Assembly: GCA_003971905.1 (NCBI GenBank)
Contig: RSEE01000001.1
Span: forward strand, 1,364,001 to 1,428,000
DNA length: 64,000 bases
Direction: 5' to 3'
Source: Moniliella sp. 'wahieum'
Lineage: Eukaryota
A program made the position numbers and the translations under genes. Below the pieces are notes generated by a model. It did not search any database. It worked only from the letters and a program-made list of their open reading frames with translations, and was not told where the DNA came from. Positions 50,355-63,286 of this stretch are shown one piece after another (the stretch's first letter is position 1; every line of letters begins with the position of its first letter).

Positions 50355-51631
50355 CCACCGTCCGCGTCACTACTAGTCACCGTCAGCCAGCTATTCAAGC
50401 CACAGTGATTGGTGACTAGTGAGTTCATTCCCGCCACATTGCCACTCGGGCCGCACATCGGACGTATAGGCCGGATTGCTTTGGCCGCGTAAGCATACCT
50501 CATGGTGTGGTCCGCACCCAACTCCATTGACCTGATCGCTCAGCGCGCATCGTGCATTGACGCTGGGCCATCAGCAGGGGGGCAGCGTAGGCAGCGTCGA
50601 CGGATGGGTGGGAACATGTACTAGTTTTGCTGTAGCCGTAGGGCCGACACAAACCATACGTGTGTTGGGTAGGAATGGGGTTGCTGTTTTTGTGGGGGAA
50701 GCTAGTGGTAGTGAGCGAGTGACTAGTGATGCATGATGCAATCAGGGTACGATGATATCACCGACCAGGAACCCACACTGATCCGACTCGACTGAGTACT
50801 GATCGGCAGCGCATCAGTGGGGCCGCATGTGGCGCGGGGCAGCACAAGCGCAGTGCACGTCCTGACGATGGAATTGACAGGACGGCTGCTGCGCGGGCGG
50901 CGAGTGGGGAGGAGGCGGTAGGGTTGGGGTGGCGCTGGCGCTGAGGCTGAGGCGGGCGTGGTCAATATACTTGGCCAGAGTCGTCTTCCTCCCGATGCGC
51001 CTGCCGCACGGGGCGCATGCCCTTGCATGTCGCCACACATACCCAGCACATGCCCCCAGCACGCCGTCCTCCGTCTGTCCCAGCTGCCCATCCCACCCGG
51101 CGCAGCAGCAGCGCAGCACAGCAGCACAGCACAGCACAGCACAGCAATCCACGGCTGTTACAGTAGCACATGCTACTGGCGTCCACTCGATCAACGCATC
51201 CCGCACCGTCGCCGCCTTTCCTCCTCGCCAGTCCCATAGCCCCCCGCCCCTCCCCTCCACCACCGTCTCTACCCCCACCACCATGGGCCTTGGCGCCCGT
51301 CTCCTCCGCCGCTCCGACGAGCCAGCCTGCCCCCAGCACTGCCCCCTGCCCACCAATCTCCCCTCCCGCCCCTCCCGCCGCTCTGTCCTCGGCCTCCGTC
51401 GCCCTTCCCGCACACACGAACACAGCCCTGCGCATCCAGGCCACCTCCCTCCGGCTGCCCCTCCCGCCACCCATGCATCCTCCGCCCCGCCCCTCCTCCC
51501 CCCCTCAACCTCAACCTCAGCCAGTCCGCCTCCTCCACCCAATCCCATGCCTCCCCATCTCCACCCAGCCAACCGCACTCACCCCCGCACCCAGCACACT
51601 CCGCACAAAACCAGAAAAGCACCTCAGCGCC

Positions 51632-54559
51632 ATGAGCTCCGCCAACGACCGGGCTGACCGCGCAGCAAAGCGTCTTTCCCGTCAACTCGACCTTCTCACC
51701 GCCCCGCCCGCACTCCGAGCCCCCTTGAGTACGAGAAAGAGACGCCCGCCGCAGTACGCCCTTGCCCCCCAGTGTGCCTCTCTTGCTAGTACAAACAAAA
51801 CTAACCCAACTTGGCTCGTAGACTGAAGCGGCGGATTTGTTGCAAGATTCCGATCTACCAGGCCGTTCTCGGCCTCAGCTTTGGCGAGACGGACTTGCCC
51901 GACGGCGAGGCCGCTGGGGATCAAGACGACCCTAATTCAAGTCCCTACCCCACCCACTCAACCTTCACCCCAACAGTACCCCTACTATTCCGCCCTCCCA
52001 CATCTCTGCAACCTCACCTCAGCGCGATTGGCGCCCCTTTGCGCCTGTGATGCGCCGCGGCCAAGTTTCCCTGGATGAAGGGTTGAATCTTTTCAACACA
52101 CTTCCCAGCACTTTCAAGTCTCTCTCGTCGGACCTGCGTCCTGATGCCATCCGCACTGTAGGCCCCAGGGAACCGCTGCCTTCGGCCGGAAGAAGCGGCT
52201 GAGATGAGCGTCAATACAGAGGGAATCAGAAGCAAAACGGGCGCTGCATCAGCGAATGAAGAAATTTTACCAGTCTCGCTCTCTTTGGTCCTTGGCGGAC
52301 CAAAACCAGCAAAGCTCGGATTCGGATGCCAGTGAAGACGATTATGGTGACGAGGAGCAACATCAGGCAACGCGAGCTGCTCCATGCCTGCTTCCCCATT
52401 GACTTCCCCCCGCCTTGGTGTCCCTAGCCTCCCTGGCCTCTCCGGCACTACCGCGTCCGAGCTGCCACCGACAATTTGACGCCTTCCCTGTTCTCGCCAA
52501 CGCTTACGGGGCTCAGCACGCCTTCAAAACGAGCTCTGTACAACTGCACCTTGCTAAAGGTACACCCTTCCCTTGCAGAGGCTGTCTTGGCAACCAACGC
52601 ATTTGAAGTCCTTCGTGCCAGTTTGGGGGTGGCAAGCGTTCGCAGCCGGCTACGCCGCTTTCTAAGCAGAGTTCGTTGCCGGGGCAGTTACCTCGAACCG
52701 CCTCGCTGGGGCTCTATCAGGCGCGGGGACGGCCTGGCCAAGACAGCTCAGGGGGCTGGGGTGGTGGTGGTCCCCAGCACCGTTACGCTGGTCTACCCGC
52801 GCTCAATGAATCCAGCTGCGCTGCTGCAAGGCCACGAGTCCACCCTGTCTTCGATCCGATGCTTGGGGGTAGCATTAGCACGGAAAAAGGTGATGCAACG
52901 GCTCATCCGGCCCCTGTCACGGAGCCACGATGTGGAGCTCGGCTGGTTCCAGCGCCGATACGGGTCGGAGCTGATTCCGTCGCCCTTGGTGGCTGAAGCG
53001 GTGGCAGGTAAACGAGCCACGCCCGAAGCTCTGCTTTCCGCGCCGTTGAGGCTGAAGTGACGGAACGAACGCAGGCCCTGCAGCGTTGGACGGCGCGGCC
53101 GAGCTTTGCGCACCGCATGGCCGTTTACCTACCTTACCGCCCCAACCTGGGCGCCGAAGTGCACGTCCTCCCCGATGGCTCCATCCCCACGATCGCGCCG
53201 ATCAGATCCCGGAAGCTAAATATCCCGTCTCCTTTTCCCCTCGTGTAGCTGCTTTGGCTCATGTCGCTGTCCCGGCGTCCCTAAGGCAATCACGACCAGC
53301 TGCACAAAGCCGTGCGGCACCGGGAATGGCGCCCTGGTGCATGCTACCCAACGCTTCCCTCAGCCAAAGACCGTTCTCTCTCCCGGCCGCACAACTGTCG
53401 GGAATATGCCAAAGCGCAAGCCGCCCGTGAAACGGCAGAGCGACTTCAACGGAAACTAAGCCAGCGCCGACCGGCACCGTGGAGCAAGAACGGGCATTCG
53501 CATGTACCCACCTCCCATCGGACCACCAGCAGCTCGCGGGATGCCACCATCCGATCCAGTCACACTTCCTCTTCGCTGTATGCGTTGGCAAGTCCGTCTC
53601 CTCCTGTGAAGCCGCTACCCTCTTCTTCGCTCCCTACTTCGCCTGCATCGTCCACTTCCCGCCAGTAGGGGGGTACGCTGCTGCCTATGCGGCCGCCGCC
53701 CTGGCTGCACAGACCCAGGGCAACAAACCAACACGGGCTGGCCTCAGCACAAGTGCTTCCATGGGCACGATGGGGGCGTATTTACCTTCTTCCTCCTTGG
53801 CTCGCTCGACAGCACACGGCTCATCTTGTGCGCTGAGCACGGCGGCGCAGGATCCATCCAGCTACCGGTCTCGATCGCTCGATCTTCACGGCCGGGCGCG
53901 CCTGCAACGGCGGTTGCAGGGCCACCTCCAGCCGAATGTCCGACACAAACGACAAGACGCGCATACCCATCCAAGGCCTCGCCGCCGTCGCTCAAATCAG
54001 CACCGAAGCGAATGCCGTGGACACTGTGCCCAGTCCTTCTGTGCATTCGCCCACCGACTCTCGTCGTTCTCTCTTGGCCGCGTCGGGGAAAGCGAAGGCG
54101 CGGGCGAGCACGCCTCTTCGTCGGAGACTAGGCATGTGCAAAACGGCTCCTCAATACCCACGAGCTCAGTCAACATGCTCACAGATCCCACCCCGGCCCA
54201 GGAGCAGAACTGGAACAAAAGTTAAAGCGCTCCAAGCTCGCTTACTCTCTCACCCACCCAAACAGCTATCTAGCTTGCCTGAGCATCAGCTTCGCCCGAC
54301 CAGCCCCGGATTCAGCCGAGCTTCCTCCCCTCCTCCGCAGTTGACCCCGCCCTCCTCGGACGACGAGAGGGAGGATTGGCAGACGCCGCGGCAGTCCCTC
54401 AGTCGCGCATCCAGTCGTACCGGCGAGCTCCTAGCCCCGATCCTGCTCCTACGACCCGGCATGCTCGCAGTCCCAGTCCCAGTACTGCCTTTACGGCTAC
54501 GATGCGAGCACCTAATCCGCTTCCTGCTCCTGCTCCTGCTCTGCTCGCTCCTGCTCCTG

Positions 54560-54598
<39 letters not shown>

Positions 54599-55260
54599 TT
54601 CCTGTCCTGCTCCTGCTTCAGCTGCCGGGCCAAAGACGCGACCATCTCGCGAGACGTTGCACACACACCGCCCATCTCTCCAAGTCGTTACAGGAGGCGA
54701 ACGAAGCCGACACAGTTCTACAAGCCAAGGCATCCGACTGCCTCGTTCAGCTAGTGCAGTTCTACCCCTTCGGGCGACTGGGGCGCGCCTCTGCCGGCCG
54801 GACCATGGGCCAGTCTTCGCAGCGCACCAGGACCTCCATCGCAAGTCCCCAAGCAGCCGAGCACGTCATCCTTCTCTCCACCGTACCTCGTTCTCGCATA
54901 CGGACTCGCCTTACTCTCCCGCATCCCGCCAGGCCGTACCTCCGCCCGACCACGCCCGCGCAACGAGCTGGCCAGCTGCCTTCCATCCCTGCTTCGACAG
55001 AAGCGGTCTTACCTCCCCACCGAACAAGTCGTGTACCCACTTCCCCTGCTCCTCGTGCACAACGCACGTCTCATCATCCCCCACCGCGGGAGGGCATGCG
55101 CACACGCACACCGCCGTACCGCCGGGGTGGTACGCTGCGCCGGTTGGTTACTATGCCATGGGTCATTCTGCCCACCCGCTTGGCACACATCATGAGCTCC
55201 TTCCCTGGCCAACATAACCCGCCTCCGCCGGGGAGGTACGTTGCTCGTCCGGGTCATTAG
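51632..55260 (+). CDS. Large hypothetical protein with a globular-looking core (~52470-53200) and a Pro/Ser-rich tail with a (PA)n repeat
   Basis: Stitched + ORFs starting at MSSANDRADRAAKRLSRQLDLL, with a (CCTGCT)n tract at ~54522-54600. Confidence 0.55.
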
Positions 55261-56391
55261 TCCGCCCTGCCACCCTGCCACCCTGCGCCTTTGCCCTTGC
55301 ACTTTCTCCCAGTTGTCGTTTGCCTGTTCACTGGGTGAGGTCGCTTGTTGGCTTTCACGGATGCACCTGTTTTGTGCTCGTCAGATTGCTATGTGTATAT
55401 GGGATACTCATGGAACTGCACTCATGCCTGCGTTGTGCGTGTTGTGTTGGGTTGTATTATATCCCAGTTCCAAGCTTCCATTCCCCACGATTCTCGGATC
55501 CTCTACGGTTCTTCATTCCCTTCCAGTACCTCGTTCCTCGTTCCTACTTTTCTGTCTTGCTGACCGCGACCCCTCTGCTTCCCCCACCTATGGATTTTAT
55601 GGCGCACGTTCCATCCTGTTGGCTTTCGCTGTCCTTTCTGGAGACCTCTTCCATCTCTCTTCCCCCCGCCCCCCACCACACCCAACAAACAAATGAGATA
55701 TGAGAATATGCCTGCATATCCATGTCTTTCATAGACCCATCTGTCTTTGCTGGCCACCATGGGTGTCCATGTGGAGAGAAGAGGCCGGCGAGGCAGATAC
55801 TATAGTAGCTGTCATTGTCAGAAACGGGAGCCGGGGCAGGTGTCTCTAAAACCCCTGTGGATGTATATCCTTCTGCCGTTTTGCCCAGAAGGTTTCGCTC
55901 CACCTGTCGCTCACCAAATTAAATAAACAAGGACCCAAGGCTGGTTCGAGATGACGCAATTTCAAATTGCATCAGCAGCCCCAGTTTGCGGTCCAATTCG
56001 AACTCCATCTCGCGGCGTCCTTCGCCAGTTGGCGTCTCTCGACAATCGACCGTCTTGCGTTGCTCGAGTGCCTGCGGCTGGGCTGGCGTCCGTACAGCTT
56101 GAGCCCCAAGTGCGTCTGCGTCCCGACAAAGCCGCCCCATCGTCTCATTCGCATTTGCCTGCGCTTGCGCCCTCGCTGCTGCCTTCTCCTTCTCCCTCGC
56201 CCCCTCCTTCCAAGCGGGATCAATGCAGCTGCAGCGACCTGGTTTGGCCATCACACCCCCCTGTATCCCGCAAATACGCCGCGCCCCCACCACACCGCAC
56301 CTCTTCCTGTCCTGACTCGGCGCAGTGCGCTCTCTCCGCGAGCACGCTGAACGCACCCCTCTCTATCGCCCCCCCCCCCCCTTGTAAGGAC

Positions 56392-57839
56392 ATGTCCTCT
56401 CCGCGCCGGCTCACCCTCTGCCCACTGCCGACCCTCTGAGCCTCCGCATCCTCACCCTGCAGGGCTTGAGAGACGAAATCTACCTCCTTTCCGCTGCACT
56501 TACCGAAGACGAGTTTACCTGGATTGGCACCTCCTCCGACATCCAGCGCTGGGATAGTGCCCTGCACGCCGACCTCGACCCCACTGCTTCCGCGCCGGAC
56601 AGCAGTCCTACCGCCTTGTCCCACGCCCACTTCAGTGTTTCTCTTCTAGACCCCGCCGCCGCCCACGTTGTCCTTGTGGTTGTTGCCAACCCCCCTCCCG
56701 ATCCCAGCGCCGACGGCCCCATTCGTCTCGACCTCTCCATTTCGGCGCCTGACTTTGCCCCGCCCCACATAGCCCGTACCAACTGGATTGCTGGCTTGCG
56801 GCGCGAACTGTCGACGTACGTTGCGGCACAATCCGAGTCCTACGTTTCTGCCTCGACGATTCAAGATACCTTGGATCCTGGCTCATCCCTACGACCGATC
56901 TTTTCGCTTCGCCCGCCTTACCCGCCGACGATTCCGGTGGCCAGCTGTTTGACCTCTACACACCATCCTCCACGATTGGGTCAGCCTTCATTCGGTTCCC
57001 TTCCCTGTAGCCGACCCAAGCCAAGACGGAGGTGGAGACGCCGACCACTCGAGTTTGATTGAGGAAATGAAAGGCATTAACACCGATGGCACTGCGCGTG
57101 CACATGTACCGCCAAATCTTTTGGACCCACCATCTGCTCTCGAAGAGAAGCAACGCCAACTTGCTTCCTGGGCGGACGAGCTGGGGGTGGTTGGTGGTCA
57201 AGCTGGGCTATCCAGGGTTTCTCCTCCTGGAAGGTCCTACCGCTGGCTTTGCTCAGTCCTCCACCACCGACGCCACTTCCCCTCCGCCCAGTGTGACGGC
57301 TTCCTCAGCCGGAGCGGGCGCGTTGGAACTGAGTCGACGCATTCGCACCATGCAATGGGCCAAGTTGACCACCAAAACCCGGACCCGAATGGACCTGGTC
57401 CGCCATGGCCGACCTGACCCTGCACAACGTCCGCGCTCCCGATCTCGCCGCGGCGGAAAACGCAGCGCTGTTGGCCTGTCCTCTCGCACGCGCCTGTTCC
57501 CATCCTTTGAACCACCTCACCAACGGCGTGTTCACCTGTGCTCCTCCCTTTTGCCGTCGGAAGACCCGACCCAACAACCTCCTCCCACCTTCTTCCACCA
57601 GTAAGAAGAAGCGCCAGCGCAGCGCCAGTCCGCCTCCGGCTCCCGACGGCGCCCGCTCCGTCGCCGAGTACCTGGCGGCGTGGGACCAGTATACACACCA
57701 ACACGTCCACCACAAAGTTCGGACCAGCATGGTCAAAACGGAGAGTGTCAAGGACCTGGTCCTGCTCTTACGTCGGGCCGGTCTGAGCGACGAGGAAATC
57801 CTAGGCGGGTTGGGCTTACGTGGCGTCCGATCCACGTGA
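56392..57839 (+). CDS. RWD-domain/DUF1115 protein (RWDD2-like)
   Basis: RWD-like start LRDEIYLLSAAL, then the DUF1115-like IFWTHHLLS..KQRQLASWADEL...KLGYPGFLLLEG and LSRRIRTMQW. Confidence 0.7.
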
Positions 57840-58533
57840 AGCTATAGTCCAGCTGGCGCGTCACTGTGACGTTCCTTTTCGTCTTGACTCAGTCCCTTGG
57901 TCTGGGTCTGGGTCAGAATTCCCTCCCCACCGCCCCTCCCCCTCCCGCTTTATTACTATGTCGATCATCGATACTATAGTCCTGGATGTGCCCTGTACGC
58001 CGCATGTGCTTATACTTATGTTGAGCTCGCATGGAGCGGGTAGTGACATGCGAGCACGCGGTCCTCCCCTCCGTGTTCGATTCTGCCTTTGGAGGCTGCT
58101 TGCGCAGTGGGCAGCAAAAGTTATATTCCCCTCCCCCTGCCCCCAAACCATTAATCTCTCTCTTCCAACACTCCCGTATCGTGCCCACCCATGCAGGTTG
58201 GCGTGTTACCTCGACCTCGCTCACCCCCCCCCCCTCTCTCCCTCCCTATCTCAAGATGTGACTTACCTACCAATCGAACCAACGTAGTCTCCAGTCCAGG
58301 GTTATCAGCGGGTGCGTCGTAGCAGGGGCTCACTTCTTCTTCCTCTCTTTTCGTCCTCTCGGCCCTTTTTAGGTGGGGTGCACCCACATGCCATGCACAC
58401 ACGATGTATGAGTTGCATGAGTGGTTTGCGACAGGTATAACCCACACAGCCTTGTTTTTGGCCTGTGTGTGTCCCGTCCGTCTCAACAAATCTCCTCCGT
58501 CTTTTATCCCCTCGTCTCTCTTATCAATTGCTT

Positions 58534-58588
58534 CATCAGTGCATCAGTGCATCAGTGCATCAGTGCATCAGTGCATCAGTGCATCAGT
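58534..58588. repeat. Octamer minisatellite (CATCAGTG)6 plus a partial seventh unit
   Basis: Counted directly from the sequence. Confidence 0.95.
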
Positions 58589-58608
58589 ACTCAGTCTTCA
58601 ACAAGTGT

Positions 58609-58649
58609 TGGGGGGTTGGGGGGGCGATTGCCTGCCCCCCAACCCCCCA
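58609..58649. repeat. GC-rich near-perfect hairpin (TG6TTG7C - 8-nt loop - GC6AAC6A)
   Basis: The inverted arms differ only by one homopolymer base. Confidence 0.85.
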
Positions 58650-58963
58650 GGCGCCCAGGCGCCACAACTCTTCACCGCCCAGGTGCATATTTCATGACCC
58701 AGCCACCCGCCATCGTCTCGGCTTCAAGCTTCAAGCTTCACTCTAGTACGATAAAAGCACAATCATACAGTTACGAGAGTCATAACGCGTAACGTGTAAC
58801 GCGTAATGTTCCCAGGGAGGTATAGGGTTGGCTGATATGGCCTCCCGCACTACTCCAGTCTACCCCACACTGTTGTTGGCGTGATGCATGAAGCTACTCA
58901 CAAACCACACGACTCGGAGATCCTTCCAACTTCGGGCGAAAGCGGGGAGAGGCGAGAAAAGAG

Positions 58964-59017
58964 GTTCATCGAGTTCATCGATGAACGATGTCGATGTGAA
59001 CGATGAACTCGATGAAC
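58964..59017. repeat. Perfect 17-bp inverted repeat with a 20-nt spacer
   Basis: GTTCATCGAGTTCATCG (58964-58980) pairs with CGATGAACTCGATGAAC (59001-59017). Confidence 0.9.
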
Positions 59018-59844
59018 GTTGAATGATGCTTAGCGCTTATGATGAACTCGACAAATAGTGTACCTGCCACCGCGATTCAACGTGCTTTCAACGTTGGTCG
59101 ATAATGCCAATGGATGTCTCCATCCCCTATAGGCGGGTCTCCGTCAAATACAGGCATCTCTATATTACGCTGCGATTCTGTCGCTGTTGGCGGGCACTGC
59201 ATGACTAGGAGGTAGTGACTCATGCAAGACATGGTAGGGGCTGCGGGCATCTAGAAGCAAGAGAAAACAAGTAAGCAATGCAACAATACTGTTCAACTAT
59301 CTCCGTCCCCTCGTCGCCCACACTACTATAACTCTATGACAGAAGACCGTGTATACCGGTCTGACAAGACTTTTATACATTCTCTCTTCGAATAATCCTG
59401 AAGTTATCCTTCACTCTCCTGCGCCACCACATCCGTTTCTCTCGCGACTCTCACTCCATGACAACCGAGTGGCGACATGATCATACGCACTCTTCCCACA
59501 GCGCGTCGTGCTTATGCCTCAACATTCAACTCAAACTGGTGGGCCCGGCCTCTGATGCGCTGCCAGAACAGCAGATGGCTTGCGAACTGAGCGGTTCAAG
59601 ATGATGAGCATGTCAGTGGTACGTTATGGCGCTCTTTCTTGTTTTCACAACCCTCTCTTGGGGGTGGGGTTTTTGTCGGTGTGTACAAACACAACGGAAT
59701 GAAGCTGACGTTCTCGGTCTTCTTCCGCTCCCAACTGCGTATTCTAAAATGTGCAGCGGTTCCCCACTTTGCTTTCCCAGTCAGTCTGCATGCAGCTCGG
59801 AGGGTCCGAGCAGATGTGGCATGGATGTCAGCTGTGCAAAACGT

Positions 59845-61835
59845 ATGTCTACACCACAGCCCAAAACTCTCGTCATGCCCCGCATACGGCGAAGGCCGAA
59901 GAAGGGGAATGCGCTTCAGCCAGGCACGAAAATGTCTGGGTCTTCTCCTCTACCTGAACAGGCAAGGGATCGAGAAAGCACTCAGGTCGAGTTGGTACTC
60001 CTCTATCTACCAAGTGTGCATCCCGCCCACTTCCTTTCTACCCACTCCTTCCTCGTCTGAGCGAGGCAGCCCACTTCTACCCCCGGTACCCCAACCTACT
60101 CTGAACATACCCCCCTTTCTTCAAGGATGTGAATTGTCGCCTTCTTCTATTATTAGTGGTCCCAGCTCGAAAAAGCAACATCGGGATCGCCACATTCCTG
60201 CGTTCACACCCTCCTCCGTAATGGAGTCTGGGATTGCAGTCGAGCTACGGCCGCGACTTCCTTTCTTGCCCCGTCGCAGTTCAGGCAGTGGGCCTGAACC
60301 GGAGATGGTGGTGCAACAAGGATCCGTCGTTGTCAATGCCCATTTCTCACACATCCAACATACGTTCCAAACCCGTCTGGATCAATTGGCTACGGAGTAC
60401 GAAGCCGAGTGGGCTCATGCAATTGAGAAAGCGGACCATGACCAAACCCGCCTCTTCAACGTCCTTCAACAGGACGACAGCGTTTATGAAGGAGCGCCGT
60501 ACCTTTCTCCCATGTTTACTCTCGATGGCTCAGGAGTTACACCCATGGGCACTGCTCATCCTCATTGAAGGATACGCACTCCAAGCAAGTGGCAGAGACT
60601 CTTGTGGCAGATAACATTTACCTTATCTCTCCGATCGACTCCAACAGGGAAGTAGGAGCCGGGACAACGACTAATAAACCATGGGATCTCACTGGACCGA
60701 ACTTATCTAACCGGGCCCCTCATCGCAAACCCACTCGTTCGACTGACAAAATGGAACGAAACATCACGTATGAGTTCATCTCCTGGCTTCATTCCCATGG
60801 GAACTGGGCTCAAGTTTAAGGCACCGCAACGCTGGCCTACGTTTGAAAGCCTTCTCGCTGATGCTAGCAGTCACCCGAGCGGAAGGAGAACAACACTGCC
60901 CCAGATTGTTCAGAAGAAGATGATTGGTGCTCCGGGAATTCCAGTGGCGACGACGAACCGCTTTCTGTTGGCCAGGACGAAGACGACAACGAACTCTCTT
61001 TCTCCATGATGAACGATATTGACCCTTTATCGAATTTGAATGGGACGATGACGAAGGGGTGGGAAATATCGAGGCCAGACGGTGATCTCCTGCGGCCCAA
61101 AGGTATCAATGCCCCATCCCATCCCCCTATCACCTCAACGAGCCCAATGGCTCCGTCGATACGAATGAGGAAGTTCCCTTTCCAACGAGCCGCTCCGTCT
61201 CCTCAACATTACACCATCCCCACAAGGTCTCGCTCACCGAGCCCTCAAGCCCGACCTCCGACCTACTAAAACCGACAGTGGATGCGATTGATATTCCTTT
61301 GAACGCCAACGCTTCGCGTATAGGTTTCCGCAAGACAACGCACAGAGACCATCGCTACCACGAGCCAGTTCAGCCCAAGACGTCACTTCCTATTGGGGAG
61401 GAGCGCATGGTCCCCATGTTGGCGGTCAATGCTCACCTACAGTGGCCAGCGCAGGATCCGATGCAACAGGAGGACCCTTACTCTTTTTTGGGACCTCTTG
61501 CATGGCCCCACCACAATCAGATCAGTGACGTGCGTTCCGACGCGCTCAATGATCCCACCCAGTCATCGCGGATCCCTTGGGAGCGCGATCCCGAGTTAAG
61601 CCCCGACACCGTATTTACCGTGGGATCCTTGCCCGCTCACATGATCGGGCGTGGCCAAAGAGGAAGTACCCCTCCTCGTCCATTCGTACCATCTCGGCAT
61701 CGCAACTCCACCCAGCACTCCAACCCGCAAGTTCATCGAGGCTTTTGGAACCAATCCCTCCCCCGGCCCGTCCCTAACGAGTGGTTCGCACGCTTCGGCT
61801 CTCTTAGGTTGTGCGCAACTGTGTGTGGCTTATAA
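59845..61835 (+). CDS. Hypothetical protein
   Basis: A chain of + ORFs, including the helical segment HFSHIQHTFQTRLDQLATEYEAEWAHAIEKA. No domain recognised. Confidence 0.45.
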
Positions 61836-62203
61836 AAAACCTACAACTATGTCTTTGCTATAAAGACAAACAGTTTTGTACTATAATCAAAACACTACTA
61901 ACAGACGAAAAATCTTGGACTTGCGCCTATATTCGCTTTGAAAGCGGAACTCCTGTGGACCAGTCAGGGCGATAAAGAGCAGGGGACTATACCAACCTTG
62001 TCATATGGCATGGATGGAAGGGGCCGGGCCTGCCGAGCCCGCCCAACTCGCACAGCGCTGGGCCAAACCAAGCACAACACTGCTGCCTGGTTCTGGTTGG
62101 GCCTTCACCAGCTTCACCATTAATAGGTCTGCCAAACAGCGGAACTGCGGGCGGAATCGTGCTCTCGTGATCTCATTACCATTTTTTGGCCCATCCACAA
62201 GCC

Positions 62204-63286
62204 ATGTCCAGGTAAGGCATCCTCCTCCCTTCCCATGCCACCCTCTTCTCCTGCCACGCCTCGCCCCTTTTCCTTTAGCCCCGGTGCAGCCAGTGCACCA
62301 CATCTCCATCTCCTTTGAGGAAGGGTTCCTCCCCGCGTGCCCGCGGTGGATCCCCTGCGCCCGTCACGCTTGCCTCGTTTGGCGCACCTGCCTTGGGTCC
62401 CGCTGCTCCTTCCTCTGGTGGCGCCCGCGGCGGCAGCCCAGCGCCTCAACCTAGCCCCACCGGTCAGGATGCTCTTCTTCCCGTCACAAGGAAATTACGT
62501 TTCACCGCACCTTGCGCTCGTTGCTGCTCGACCATCGGAAGTGGCGTGAGCAATGGGAGGAGATGCTGACCCTGGATGGGCTCAAAGCGTGTCGGCGTAT
62601 TCCCAAGCGGATGAAGAAGTGGAGCGTCTGGTGCCTTCGATGCGCACCTCCCATCAGTCGAATGACCCTTCCCTTGTTCGCGCAAGGAACACCACTTGGC
62701 AACCGCGCTTGGCGACCGGGAGACTGCACTGGACGCTCTTCTTGAAATACTTCTGACTTTGCACTCGTTTGTGGAGCGTATGCGGAAATCGACACCCGGG
62801 CACGTCAGCTGCTTCTCGATGCTTCTGCTCAACAGGGGTTTGAGTTTGCATTCCAGGAAGGCATGTGGGGTCTTGGACCATGGACGCTTTCGGTACGTAT
62901 CTTTTCCCTTGCCCCGCTCATGCAACTAACTCTATTCGTCTTTCGGGGGCCGCCAACTCGTTTTAGTTCGTGGCATGGCCTCACTCACTTGCCAATATTC
63001 CGTGAGCACCGCCGACCTACAAAGCACTTTGGACCAGCTTACTCCACGGAAACCTGGTACCTTGGCCGGACCCCCTACCCTAACCGGCTCTACCATTGTG
63101 TCTCTCAGCTCAGGGTCACTTTCAGACCTAGATGCCCCTCAATCCTCCACTGAGGGCGGAGAGAGGAATCGCAAACAACTGAACGAGGCTTGGGCCTTGC
63201 TGCCCTATTTGGTTAAAACGGGGCCGACGAGCGAAAAATTCTTCGAGAGGATTTGTGACGTCGAGGTGGGCCAATGGGATGGGTAG
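62204..63286 (+). CDS. Hypothetical helical protein, multi-exon
   Basis: Stitched segments LRSLLLDHRKWREQWEEMLTLDGLKAC, ALDALLEILLTLHSFVERMRK and LNEAWALLPYL..FERICDVEVGQWDG, with plausible GT..AG introns. Confidence 0.5.

Noticed and set aside
54522..54600. (CCTGCT)n as a Cys-rich CSCSC domain
   Set aside because: The (Pro-Ala)n frame fits the surrounding low-complexity sequence better, so it is a simple coding microsatellite.
58534..58588. CRISPR-like array
   Set aside because: The 8-bp units are contiguous with no spacers, there are no cas genes, and the context is eukaryotic.
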